From NCBI GenBank assembly GCA_001643675.2, contig LSRY02000045.1:746775-810774 (forward strand): 64,000 nt of DNA, given 5' to 3'. Position 1 is the stretch's first letter, and every line of letters begins with the position of its first letter. Both the position numbers and the translations under genes were made by a program. The stretch is from Monocercomonoides exilis PA203. Its lineage: Eukaryota; Protista; Preaxostyla. A model generated the notes under the pieces. That model did no database searches. It saw only the letters and a program-made list of their open reading frames with translations, and was not told the DNA's origin. Below, piece after piece: positions 12,523 to 24,269 of this stretch.

Positions 12523-12611
12523 ACTCACTATTGAGGAGCAAACCTGCTCCTTGCGTTCATAGATTCGCTTTATTGCGAATTGATAGAACGCAGTGAGACA
12601 GGATTTGCTCC
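12523..12611. repeat. Right inverted repeat and terminal hairpin of the DIRS element
   Basis: 12523-12580 is complementary to the left end. 12535-12611 also self-folds: GGAGCAAA/TTTGCTCC, CCTG/CAGG, CTC/GAG, TGCGTTC/GAACGCA, ATTCGC/GCGAAT with loop TTTATT. Confidence 0.8.
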
Positions 12612-13682
12612 GAAATAATACGAACGCGGATGGAGAGACTCAGAGCGGCTGGGTGCGAAAGAGAGAGAAACATATTAGGAGGAATATGACGAGGAAAAGG
12701 GAGAGATAGCAGAGGAGATGGGAAAAGAATAACCGCCCAGAATGATCTAATACACCTAAACCTGTATTGAGAAACAGGGAAGGAATTAAAAGTTTTAAGA
12801 AAAATCCAACTCCTTTAATTGGTGTCGAACAAATTCAAGGAGAAGAATCAGAATGACCCACACAGTGCATAATGGGTGGATTAGCTCTGCTGGATCAGCA
12901 GAAGAGCGGGAGGCAGAGCATTGTACACGCAGTTTTCTTTTTTACGCCTCGCGGAAGCGAGAGTTGTTTTTCTTTCTGCTCCGTTTTTTGCTTTTGCCTC
13001 ACCGAATTCCTGCACGACTTGCAGGAGACGGCTCCGAGTGGCAATGTCCCCGCCCTCTGGTCTTCGTGACCATGGAAAAAAAAAAAAGGTGAAGTCGGTG
13101 GTGAAGTGAAGCGGACAATGTATAATACCCTTTTCATTGTTAAAAATGTTATTGTCTATATTTTTATCTATCTCTTTTTCCACGTCATTTTGTGATGGCG
13201 AAGTTTTCACTCAAACCTCCCATTCTTTAGATCAATACTCATTATCTCGGAGCAAACCTTTTTCTCTGCGTTCTGTCAAAAAAGTGTTTGTTATTTCGCT
13301 GGTTCTGACTTCCATCATAATTCGTTTTGTAGTTTTTCTTCAAAATGTTCCATGGATTAAGGACTGATAAAAAGTTCACGCTCATGTTCATGAGTTGTTC
13401 CAACTCGTCCTGTTCAACTGAATTTTTTCTTAAATCATAAAATGCACAAAAAATTTGAAAAATGAAACAAGAAACTGTTTGAGGTTTATCGTCTTTCAGA
13501 ACAAACAGATCTGCATCACCTTTATGTTGTGATTCTTTTGCGCTGAGTATCACATTTTCATGCAAATAAAGTAAAAAGGAATGAAAATTCAAATACAACG
13601 AAGAAATTCATCCGTAATGAGAATAATAATTTTTCCTTCTCTTCAGCCAACAAAAAAAAAAGTTCTTGCCACAAATCATATT

Positions 13683-16600
13683 CTAGTTTGAGTCATCATG
13701 AATAACAAGGGCTCTTTCCTTTTGCCCAGTCCAATTCATTCCCCCAAAGATAGACATCTCAGAATGGCTTGCATCCTTTCTTTTCATCCTTGCATATTCT
13801 TTCTTCAGCTCTGTCTTTGATCCTTTTCCTTTTGCCCTTCCATTTTCTTTTGTCTGTGCCACCTTCACATCAGCCACAGAAACCGACCTTGGCCACTCAA
13901 TCAGGACTGAGTAAAGCAGCTGCCATATCTCTTCGACATCTGTCTTCAATCTCCACATATGAATACAAGAGTCTGCAAATCTGAGATAGAGCCGATCGGT
14001 GCTCACAACGCGAGTGTCGATGCTGAAGCGCAGAACAAACATAATCCGACTGAGCAACTCTGCTTGGCATTCGCCCTGCCACATGTTGCAAAACACAGAA
14101 ATGAAAAATGGATTGAAAAGGCAAATACGCAGTTATAATCGCATGAATTCAATTAAGCATATAAATAAAATGCCATATTAAAAACACCACACCTTGTAGA
14201 ACGGAATGAAAAACGAATGATGCGGATGAGAGATGTTTGTCATCCTGTCAGTCAGTTGTTGCTTGTTGGCTGATCCGAACGGCTCGATGAAATGAACAGG
14301 AATCATCCTCATCTCATTCGCATTTCGATCCTTTCCCAACGAATTTGTGCATCCAACAGCGTTTGGGCTGCACGGCGAGGAAGGAACAACCTGAAAATGG
14401 GTTGTTTATTTTTGGTTGGGCAAAAGTCAAAAACACACAAATCAATAAAATAAATCACAGCATATGCAAAAATTATATATTTGGAAAAAAAATTGAAAAA
14501 AAAAGAAAGGAGAAATATCATTCAAGCAAATAGCAAATTTGTTGAATGAAAAGAAATCTTCATTTTCAAAAAAAACTCTCTCGCACTCACAGAAATCAGC
14601 ACACTTCCATTCGAAACACAGTCAATGGCTCATTCAGCGAAGTGTATCGCTCGTCCATCGGCAGGACAAAAGAAGCGAACGATGTGTTATAAAGCGGATA
14701 TTTCGCCACTCTGAAATTGACATTGCCGATGTCTTCCTCTTCCCAAACATCCACCAACTCTTCCTCTGACCCTGCGCTTGTACCTTCCGCTTCAGCTTCT
14801 TTTGCATCCTTCTCCTCACATTTTTCAGTCATGTCTTCGCGCACCTTCGCTCTCCTTTCCTGCCGCTTCCACACCCTCACTTTCTGGTGGTTGAACGGCG
14901 CCTCAGCCAGCGCTGTCCGAGTCGCGCTGATGACATCCGCAACTGTTCCGCCAAACGGCACGCGAATCGCACACTTCTCAATCAGCTGCCCCACTTCGTC
15001 AACTGCCCTCACCTCCAAATGATCAGCCTTTTCGTACTCGCTCAGCTGCTCTGGCAAACACAAAAAGTGGATTGGCCGCTGCCTCCACGCAGAGAAGAAG
15101 CCCAAGCGAGAAAAGAGCCCCGCTGCTCCGTCCTTCTGCATTTCCACATGTGCCATCTCTGTCACTTTCTCCCCGCTGTCGGCCTTCACCACCCCAAGCT
15201 CCTCGTCTTCTTCCTTCCACACTTTGATGTGTGTCTCTGGATGCTTCCTTATCGCCCCTATCAGCTCAACCAGCTCCCTAAACCCTGCCTCGCTGTCGAT
15301 CCTCACACTGAACGGACGCCGCGTCGCATCCGCTTCGTCTACAAGCTCAATTTCAATCTCTCTATCCTTCCGCCTCTGCCACTCATTTGCCTCGCTTCGC
15401 GCATCTGCTTTCTTCTCCTCTTCCGTCGGAGCCATTTGAACAACAATCTCGTCTCCCATCCCCACATTCATATCTTTCAGTCGGATTTCTGCCCCATCGC
15501 CTCTTCTCAGCGGAATCACGTTGTTCACTCGCCCTGCAAAGCGGTACAAAATAAGAGATGAATCTGTAATGGCAGGCAACGAAACTGAATCTAACGTTGA
15601 AGATTGCTGCTGGGATGGCAAAAGATGAGAAATCTGCTGACATAAGCTCGGCTTTGAATGCGGAAGTGGAGATGCTGAAGAAGAAACACCAGGTGAAGGT
15701 GTTCGAACAGATCCTTCATTTTCTTCTTCATTTTCTTTGCTCCTTTCTTCTTCTTCCTCTTCTTCTTTACACCATTTCTGAATCCTTTTCATATGATTTT
15801 CAATCAAAATCGCTAATTGCGGCAGAAGCGAAATAAAAGTGCTTTCGCCGTTCTTCGCTTTCACTTTCCCAATCAAACTGATCAAATGAGTCATCTTATC
15901 GAAATATCTCACAAACAAATAGATCGCATCTTCTGCAACTGCTTCCTCTTCCATTTTGCCTTCTTCCAAAATTTCCAGCTTCTTTTCCTTCCTCTCTTCA
16001 TCCTCATCCGCTTTGCCACAACCAATAATTGCCTCGTCCTCTTCCTTTTTCTCATCAGCAATCTCAACATAAAGCCCATTCATCACTCCCCATCCAACAG
16101 ACCTCAATGGCTTGTTTTCTATTTCAAAGTCATCTTCCTTTTCTTTCTTCTCTTTCTCCTTTTCGCTTCCAATGCTTTCTCTTTTCCTGTCTTCAAACAA
16201 CAAAACAGGAACCAACACTTTCTCTTCTTTTGATCTCTTCCTCCCCTCTGCCTCTTTCTGATCCACCACGCTTCTGCCTCCTTTGCTTCGTTGCCATCCT
16301 GCCGCATTTGCACTCCCCAAAAGCTGCCTCTCTTTTTCTCTCATGTTTCTCAGCTGTGCAGCTTTCCATCGCTCCACCAGCCGCCACACACGCACACGCT
16401 GGCTACGAATGCCGAGTGCTTCGCAGATCGATCTCCTCAGCCTTCCAAACGTCCCAAAACGAGGCACAACGATAGTGCATGCACAGTGCGTAGACTCAAA
16501 CACCTCATCTGTGCCAGTCCTTCCGTAATTTGCACTCTTTTCGTTCTTCTCTTTCTTCCCCTTCTTCTGCTCTTCTTTCTCCCTCGCTGCTTTATCTTTC

Positions 16601-19600
16601 GCTCGCAATCCCAGCGCAGATGTGTTGGCAGAGCGTATCCCCAAAATCGACTCCTCTGTGAAAAGCCTAAACGAAAGCGACATTCTCTGCGACTCAGCCT
16701 TTATGCCCTCTCTGATGGGCTTTGGTATGTCCTCTCTGCCGATGTCGCACAGCAGCGCTGCTTTCCAACTCTTCTTGATGTACACCAGCATGTACGCACT
16801 CGCCATCTGCTGCACTTTCATCTCCCGCCCAAAAAAGTCCCTCACAACCTGCGTTCCTCCCCCAAAGTTGCCTTCAACCGCTTGCTTAGCGCTCGCTACG
16901 CTGACAGACGTGTCGTTGAACAGGAACCACTTCCCGTCGCACTTCGGCTGGATGTACACATAATAATGTCCTGCCCCTGCCACACCCGCATGCACAAGCA
17001 CCGAGTGCAGCACATATTCCGTGTCTTCCTCTGCCTCTCTCCCAAACATTCCTCCGTTCAGCCCCGACGCTTCCTGTGAAGACGCCGGCTGAGACCGGAC
17101 TGCTGGCTTCATTCCTGTTTTGCGCTCAAATGCCAAAGAAAAGCGTTTCACATATTCAGACGAAAGAGGTGGATCAGGAACTTCCTCTTTCTCTCTTTCT
17201 TCTTCCTCCTCCTCCTCCTCTTCTTCTTCTTCCCCTTCCTTTGACTCTTTCCTCCTTCTCTTCTTCTCTTCTCTTTCTTTTCTCTTCTTTTCTCTCTCTC
17301 TTTCTTTCTTCTCCTTCTCGTTTTTCCTCTTCTCTTCCATCGCCTCCTCTTCATGCTTCTGCAGCAGCTCCTTCTCCTTCCCCGAAAGATGTGCAACATA
17401 AGGACTCATATCCAGCTCCACAGGAAATCCAAACTTTGAGTAGACTTTGCTCGTGCGCATTGTGAAATAATTCAGCTCAAATCTGTTCAGCTGGATCGTC
17501 AGAATTGGCGGCAAATGCAGATATTTCAGCCCCTGCATCCATTTGGTGCGCATGGAATCACAAAAGGATATACAAAAATATAAATAAATGAAAGAAAGCC
17601 ATGAAAAAGAATGGAGTGTTGACATTGAGCAAATGAATCAAATTAGATGAAGAAAAAAGGAAAATGTCGTTTATTATTTCTATTCACAAAATACGCCACA
17701 CCTTTTTCGCTCTTTGAAATCCGTGTTCTCCTGCTTTGTACTTGTTGTCTCCATCCAAAATTTCATCTGCGACATTCGCTGCTAAGCTTTGCTCAAGCGA
17801 ACTCTTTCCTTTCACAGCAACACTTTTATTTTGAGCAAACGATGAATAACAACAGAAAGAAAGAAAGAAAGAAAGAAAAAAAAAGAAAATGTCATAATAA
17901 AAACATCATCTGGCATAATAATAAACAACAATAAATTCAATCCAACTTGATTTCAGTGAACGTCTCCAGCGACGGTGACACGTAATCGATGTCGGTGCAT
18001 CTGACAGAAGAATACGCTGTTCCTTGAAACAAATGCTCAATAAACCCACGAATAGGCGTGTGCTGTGTTTGGGCAGCAGAACATTGTTTTTGAGTCGTGC
18101 AAAACAAATCACATGAATTTACGTGGAATGAAATAAAAGATAGAAATAATAATAATAATAATAATAATAAAACATAGTACGAACAATAATCTTCTCAAAT
18201 AAAAACCAAACTTTAGTTTTTTCTTTCAGTTTGTCTCTCAAAATCAGGTTTAGCTCAGTCACATCGTGTTGTTGGAACGTTTCCTCTGAATCCCACCCAA
18301 ACGAAGCTGTCAGCTCTTTTGTCCCAACGCTAACACACCACACACCACGATTCAAACAATATATATATATCACATCCAAAAACGAATAAGAAGACAGAAT
18401 TAGTAATCATTCATTATTTTGCAATCCAAACCCAAATCAAATGCCAAAAATTCAATACCATTTTCGAATGAACAAAAAAATGCCAACAAAAAGGAGCAGA
18501 CCTCGAAGGCGAAAATTGGAGATTATAAAAGAGCCTTTGCAGCGCCTCAGCCAATTTTGGCCTTTTCTTTCGTTGAACTTCACAAGAAGAAGAGCAAACT
18601 GAAGGCGAATCAGCTTCGTTTTCATTTTCCACATCTCGTTGCATTTGGTAAACACACTTCGCAATTACCGTAAAAATAAATAGAAAGAATAAGATATTAG
18701 GGGGGAAAAATATCAAAGTTTCAAAAATAATTTTGTTTTTTGATGATTTTTTTTACAAATATCACCAAAAATTCAATAAAAGCACAAGTTTCTTTCAAAA
18801 TGTGCATACCCATCTGAACAATGGAATGTGATAAAGCGTTTGAAGCAGCGAATTCATGTAGCATGTTGTTCCTTGGTTGAACAGCCCAACCATTCCCAGT
18901 TCCTTTCGGCTGCAGGTCTCGCTTGGAAATGGATTCTTTTCCGGCCTGCCTTCAAAAGGCTGAAAAAGCAAAGTCGAACGCAAAAAACATTTGAGCACAT
19001 GTTAATGAATCTCTTTCAACACATCAAACGCAAACTGTAAGGTGAACGCTCAAAACAAGGCATCCATTAACAATAAATCCCTCATCAATCGTCAATCGTC
19101 TCCTTGGAATAAACTTCCAAAACCCTTGATCTCTTTCCCCTGCCGTAAATCTGTGATGGCCCCCTTTTAACGTCAATTCCAAATCAATAAATTAAATAAA
19201 TAAATAAATAAAGAATGAAATTCATAAAAAAAAACACAATCAAAAGCAGAAGAAAAGGCAAAAATACATTCGGTGACAGAACGTCTCCTATCTCTGTTAT
19301 GCAAAGTTACAGCAAATGACAGGTCATCTGTCGGTATTGCATCAGCATCGTCGAAGCTCTTAAATACATTTGTTAATGTTGCAATTTTCTTTAAAAGAAA
19401 AATAAATCATTGAAAAGACCTGGCAATCGATGAAAAATGCTTGGTAAAAATAGGAATTTATGTCCCCTCTCCTTGAAACAATTCTCCTGCGAAAAGAAAA
19501 AAATGCAAAACAATCGGAATAATTTTGTGATAGAGGCAACTTCAATTAAACAGTAATGCACACCACTTGTAGTCAAACGCTTCTACAGTTTCTGAGTAAA

Positions 19601-19658
19601 CTGCCTGAGCAGGATTCCACGGAATATGAAACGTGTGCTCAAACAAAATATCATCCAT
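13683..19658 (-). CDS. USP7: Ubiquitin carboxyl-terminal hydrolase 7 (USP7/Ubp15 family; MATH + USP + UBL region), multi-exon
   Basis: ATG at 19658 (MDDILFEHTF...YSETVEAFDYKW). MATH motif HRFTAGERDQGFWKF; Cys box GLFNQGTTCYMNSLLQTLY; QQHDVTEL; EILDGDNKYKAGEHGFQRAKK; His box VLVHAGVAGAGHYYVYI...WFLFND. The 3' exons 14605-17532, 14193-14390 and 13683-14075 join in frame through GT-AG introns and end ERALVIHD, resembling the USP7 C-terminal EKAIKIHN. Confidence 0.93.
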
Positions 19659-19872
19659 TAATTCTGCGTAAAAAGTGTTGGGACAAATAAATGTTTATGA
19701 TTCTGTTCTTCATAATTAACATATAATTTTTTCCCCCGCAATATCTGCTCAAACATTTTATTCTTCAAACTCTCTCCAATCTGTCCCATTCATTATCATT
19801 TCATATTTTTTTCATCAAGTTTTTGCGCTTGAGCAGAGTGCAAAAGCATAAAAACAAACTTTGCTGAATGAA
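19659..19872. promoter_or_regulatory. Probable bidirectional promoter between USP7 and the metallophosphoesterase
   Basis: Only 214 bp of AT-rich DNA separate the two divergent ATGs; inferred from layout only. Confidence 0.45.
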
Positions 19873-21618
19873 ATGAGCAGCATTGAAATGACTGTGCGCA
19901 ATTTGCGAAGAATGAGGAAAGATGAGGCTTATCGTATTTTGAAGGAAACTGATTTGTTTGATTCTTCAGTTCCTTTTGTTGTGTGTGACCACTCGAAGCC
20001 AAAGGCGAGTTCGCATTTTGTTCGGTACGTTTGCATTTCGGATACGCACGGGCTGCACGAGGCACTTGAGAAGCCACTTCCTTATGGAGATGTGTTGATT
20101 CATGCAGGAGACGCGACGCATCTTGGGAAGCCAAAGGAGTTTTCAAGCTTCGTGCGGTGGTGGAGGTCACAGCCGCATCCTGTGAAGATTTTTGTTGGGG
20201 GGAATCATGACTTGCCCCTTGATCCGCTGTTTTACGCCCAAGAATATCAGAGGTTTGGCCATAAAACCAGGCTTTCTTATGAGCATGTAAAAGACTTCCT
20301 AAATTCTGGAAGCAATTACTTGGACGGAGACTGCATCACGGTCTATGGCCAAAGGATTTGTGGGCTTCTTTATCCCGAGCGTTCATCTGTTTGCCTTGGG
20401 AGATTGAGGCCGGAGTGGCGAAGGATCTGCTATAAGAGAATTGCATTTGAACAGCAGCTGGACGTGTTAGTTACGCACGCTCCTCCGTTTTCGAGGTGTG
20501 ACTGCGATCCTGTGGAGCACGGCGGGTCGTTTACGCTTTTGGAGGCAGTGAAAAAGTACAGACCTCGAGTGCATGTGTTTGGCCACTGCCACGAAGGGCA
20601 CGGCTGCTCGTACGATGGGCATACGCTTTATGTGAACTGCTCGATTGTGGATGATAAGTACAAAGCGGTGTTTAAACCGATTGTGTTTGACTTGCCAAAG
20701 GAGGATTGCGGGATGAAGAACGAGGAGTGGAAAGAAATTGAGATTGCGACAATTGATGAAGATGAAGCCAAAATGGCGAGAGACGGAAAGGAAAATTGCG
20801 AAAGTCCATCGGTTGGTGAAGCACACACGCTGCACGGCACCTCTAAAGAGTTTGAAAAGAGTTTCGAGAAAGAGGAGAGCAAAGCCAAAGCCATGAAAGA
20901 AGGCCAAAATGATGGTCGCACGCAGAAAAGGAGGATACAATGGCTAAGTGTGTGCAAATGTGATGGGAATGCAGCGAGGAGGAAAGAGATAGGAGAGAAA
21001 GCAGAAGAAGCTGCAGCCTCATTTCGGAAGAGAGAAATGGCAAAAAGAGAAGAGCAGCTGAGGGTTGCGGGGAAATCGTGTTTTACGGTTGTTTCAGTGA
21101 CAACAGCGAGAAGAAAGGAAATTAGCAAATGTGTTTCCTTGTTAGGCAGCAATTCGACAGAAGTTGTGAATCGCCTGTTTTATTCTGAGATGGTTGCGCT
21201 GAAAAATGTTCCTTCGACTTTTCTCCAGATGGCATTAGCACCATCGTTTCAGTTGCCATCTCTTCAAGTTGCTGAATCGTCTGATTCAGTTGCGTCTGCA
21301 TCTTCTGCTTCTTCATATAAATCTTCATGCCCAGTTTTAACTTCAGCATCAATATTGAGTTCTTCCTCTTCCCCTTCTTCTTCTTCTTCTTCAACTTCTT
21401 GTTCGGTTCCTGTGACTCAGAAATTTTCAAATTCAATGCAGAGGGAAGAGCAAATGAGCAGAAAGGCTATTGAGATTGGTACACGACCACCTTTGCCTCT
21501 AGTGAATTCATCACCAAGAAATGCATTTTTGCCTTTTTCAAACATTACGACTTCTGCTCGTTGCATTGCAAACGAAACGGATAATAGCAAGAAACTTCAG
21601 TCAACGCCCCATCAATGA
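19873..21618 (+). CDS. Calcineurin-like metallophosphoesterase (MPPED1/2, 239FB-like) with a charged and Ser-rich C-terminal extension
   Basis: All five MPP motifs are present: VCISDTHG, LIHAGD, GGNHD, VLVTHAPP, HVFGHCHE. The first in-frame ATG is at 19873. Confidence 0.9.
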   Translation: MSSIEMTVRNLRRMRKDEAYRILKETDLFDSSVPFVVCDHSKPKASSHFVRYVCISDTHGLHEALEKPLPYGDVLIHAGDATHLGKPKEFSSFVRWWRSQPHPVKIFVGGNHDLPLDPLFYAQEYQRFGHKTRLSYEHVKDFLNSGSNYLDGDCITVYGQRICGLLYPERSSVCLGRLRPEWRRICYKRIAFEQQLDVLVTHAPPFSRCDCDPVEHGGSFTLLEAVKKYRPRVHVFGHCHEGHGCSYDGHTLYVNCSIVDDKYKAVFKPIVFDLPKEDCGMKNEEWKEIEIATIDEDEAKMARDGKENCESPSVGEAHTLHGTSKEFEKSFEKEESKAKAMKEGQNDGRTQKRRIQWLSVCKCDGNAARRKEIGEKAEEAAASFRKREMAKREEQLRVAGKSCFTVVSVTTARRKEISKCVSLLGSNSTEVVNRLFYSEMVALKNVPSTFLQMALAPSFQLPSLQVAESSDSVASASSASSYKSSCPVLTSASILSSSSSPSSSSSSTSCSVPVTQKFSNSMQREEQMSRKAIEIGTRPPLPLVNSSPRNAFLPFSNITTSARCIANETDNSKKLQSTPHQ

Positions 21619-22038
21619 ACAGCAAGAACTCAATGAACTGTCATTCCATTTTTTATTTGAACGAATGAATTTTCTGTTTATGTTTAATTCGCATGATTTG
21701 TTGATAATGAAGTTCCATTATGAGTGTTAAAGAAGAGAACACTTACAATTTCAAATCTTTGATGTTTGATTGTGAATTTTCGATGGTTTTTATTTCAGTT
21801 TGAATTTTGATTAGGAACAAGTTGTTGTTGTTACGTTGAATTGAAAAACAAAATAATTTGGGGGGAAATTAAATTTTTTTAAAAACAACTTCAAAAAAAA
21901 AGGAAACAATTCTGAATCATCTCCAAAGCCACTGTCTTTTTTCCTCAATTAAGAGAAGTCATCATTCGTTTCCTCCAAAAGGAAAATATACTTTTGCAGT
22001 ACATCAATTCATATCTGAATGTGATTTGTTATTTTTAT

Positions 22039-22248
22039 AAAAGTCGCGAATGTTTAATTATCAGGTGAGATTAAAATCTCATTTTCTGATCAACGTTTTG
22101 TTCACATCACCAAACTTTTCAAATAAGGAATCCACAACTTGGTAATACTGTTATACACATTCTTGTGCAGATTCGTGAGTGCGAACAGAAATTCGATCAA
22201 GATATAAAGTGTTAAATCAATCATTAGAATTTAGCGTTTGCGACTTTT
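22039..22248. repeat. Degenerate palindromic unit A (arms ~22039-22118 and 22169-22248, ~50-bp spacer)
   Basis: AAAAGTCGCGAATG...TGATCAACGTTTTGTTCACATCAC pairs imperfectly with GTGAGTGCGAACAGAAATTCGATCA...CGTTTGCGACTTTT. Confidence 0.6.
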
Positions 22249-22389
22249 CAAAAAGAATATCACAAATGGAATATTTCTTTGTCGAGAAGTTATTAATACA
22301 GTTGTCAAAAACTTTCTAGCTCTTTTAATATTCAGTGTCTGATAACCATTCATTGTGAAATTGAATGTTATTAAAATTATCACTTTTCG

Positions 22390-22392
<3 letters not shown>

Positions 22393-22458
<66 letters not shown>

Positions 22459-22469
22459 GGTGGGTGGGT
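22393..22469. repeat. Compound microsatellite T31-(GT)13-(GGGT)5
   Basis: Read directly from the sequence. Confidence 0.9.
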
Positions 22470-22840
22470 GTGTGAAAATATTGACTTTCAAGCTTTTTTT
22501 GCACAAAGCATGAAAAAATCGATTCACTCATAACTTTATCAATCATTCTCAGATTTCGAAATTAATTTCATTTTCATATCAGAAAACAGGTGTCGTTGAA
22601 ATAAAAACATATAGTTTTCCAACATTTCGCGAATGTCAAAAAATGGACCAATTTATATTGTGTTTTTTGATCTCAAAAAGTCAATGAAAAGGGCATAATT
22701 TTGTAATGAAAATGCCTGAAATCAAATATTTTGTCCCATATAGGTAATTTGTTGAACTGAAACTTCTTATTGAAAAAAATGCAATTCCAAAAATAATTGC
22801 TTATTTCAATACTTATATATTTCTAAAAAATTTTTTTCTA

Positions 22841-23056
22841 TTGAAAAGTTCTAATTGTTTCATTTTCAAATTATGAAAAAATTTCATATTTCGATCATAT
22901 TTTTGTTCCCTCTCACAAAATTTCGCTGTCATGAAAACAAAATATAGAAAATGTTTTTATTTAAATTCTAGAAAAGTTTCGTGAGTGGGAACAGAAATTT
23001 GATCGAAATATGAAAAATTTTCATTATTTTATAATTATACAAAAAGAACTTTTCAA
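22841..23056. repeat. Degenerate palindromic unit B (arms 22841-22923 and 22973-23056, ~50-bp spacer), homologous to unit A
   Basis: TTTCATATTTCGATCATATTTTTGTTCCCTCTCAC pairs with GTGAGTGGGAACAGAAATTTGATCGAAATATGAAA. The right arm resembles 22172-22205 in direct orientation. Confidence 0.75.
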
Positions 23057-23290
23057 AAAAATTTGGACATCTGCATAAGTAAAATACATTAAAATACACT
23101 TTTCCTGTAATTTTTCGTTGGCCACGAGCTTGTATTAAGCCGTAGCCAGCTCCACAAAAAAAAGGGTGGGGATAAAATAGAAATCAGAGTAAAAGTGTTC
23201 CCCTACTCGTGAAATAGAAAGAGAAGAATATTTGGCGAATGCTCTATCGAATACACATCCAATAAAAAGTTTTCTTCCAAAAATTATTTA

Positions 23291-24269
23291 GGTTCATAAT
23301 TTTATTAGTACCCCGTTTTTTATTAGATCCTAAATTATTTTTCTCATATTGCTTTATATAGAAGCTTATACGCAATGAGAATAATTTTAAAATAAATAAT
23401 ATATTATCATAAGGTTGTATACCAAATATTTTTGAAAATCATTTCTTTTAAAAAAAGATCTGAATTTTTTAAGTTTTATTTTTTGATCAATGTTTTGCTC
23501 GTGTTTCCACGAGTTTCTGAAACCAAGCATTTTCCTTGTTAGCATTGTTTTTAAACTTTTCTTTTTAACATTTTTGGTTATTTTATAACATGAAAAACTC
23601 TTTTTTTTCACTAGTTTTCACACCTCACCTTTTTTTCGTAAAACTGAAATATTAACAAAGAGAATATTATTTACACCTTTTTCTTATGTTCAAATAATGC
23701 ATTATTTAGTATAATATCATATATTTAAACTATAATATATAAATATTTGAGAATGACGAGTTTAACACGAAAAACAAAATATCATCTTTTTCATTTAGTG
23801 TGCCAAATGTTTTTTGTAAAATATTTTTATTTCATCACATATTTGTAACAAACAATAATGCATTATTTGAACATAAGAAAAAGGTGTAAATAATATTCTC
23901 TTTGTTAATATTTCAGTTTTACGAAAAAAAGGTGAGGTGTGAAAACTAGTGAAAAAAAAGAGTTTTTCATGTTATAAAATAACCAAAAATGTTAAAAAGA
24001 AAAGTTTAAAAACAATGCTAACAAGGAAAATGCTTGGTTTCAGAAACTCGTGGAAACACGAGCAAAACATTGATCAAAAAATAAAACTTAAAAAATTCAG
24101 ATCTTTTTTTAAAAGAAATGATTTTCAAAAATATTTGGTATACAACCTTATGATAATATATTATTTATTTTAAAATTATTCTCATTGCGTATAAGCTTCT
24201 ATATAAAGCAATATGAGAAAAATAATTTAGGATCTAATAAAAAACGGGGTACTAATAAAATTATGACCC
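23291..24269. mobile_element. Non-autonomous foldback/MITE-like element: 416-bp near-perfect inverted arms, 147-bp spacer, flanked by TA
   Basis: Arms 23291-23706 and 23854-24269 are reverse complements (identical mirror ORFs 23387-23611 and 23949-24173; one mismatch seen at the third base). TA occurs at 23289-90 and 24270-71. The ends GG(G/T)TCATAATTTTAT match the pogo-like TIR at 38610. Confidence 0.8.

Larger units (their letters stand above)
8446..12611 (+). mobile_element. DIRS-like tyrosine-recombinase retrotransposon, decayed
   Basis: Domain order RT - RNase H - methyltransferase-like domain, with an overlapping tyrosine recombinase ORF. Imperfect 58-bp inverted repeats lie at 8446-8503 and 12523-12580. 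The right boundary could extend toward ~12830 (purine-rich sequence continues). Confidence 0.88.

Noticed and set aside
8406-12830. GGTGTCGAA and AATTAAAA..AGAAAAAT present near both DIRS flanks in permuted order (split direct repeats as in Ngaro/PAT)
   Set aside because: Matches are 9 bp or low-complexity and cannot be distinguished from chance without other copies.
13683-14096. Separate small gene or WD40 fragment (DSCIHMWRL)
   Set aside because: Better explained as the last exon of USP7: in-frame AG acceptor at 14076-77 and a USP7-like C-terminus.
23387-24173. Two identical 74-aa ORFs on opposite strands
   Set aside because: By-product of the foldback inverted repeat; GTG start, AT-rich, no protein features.
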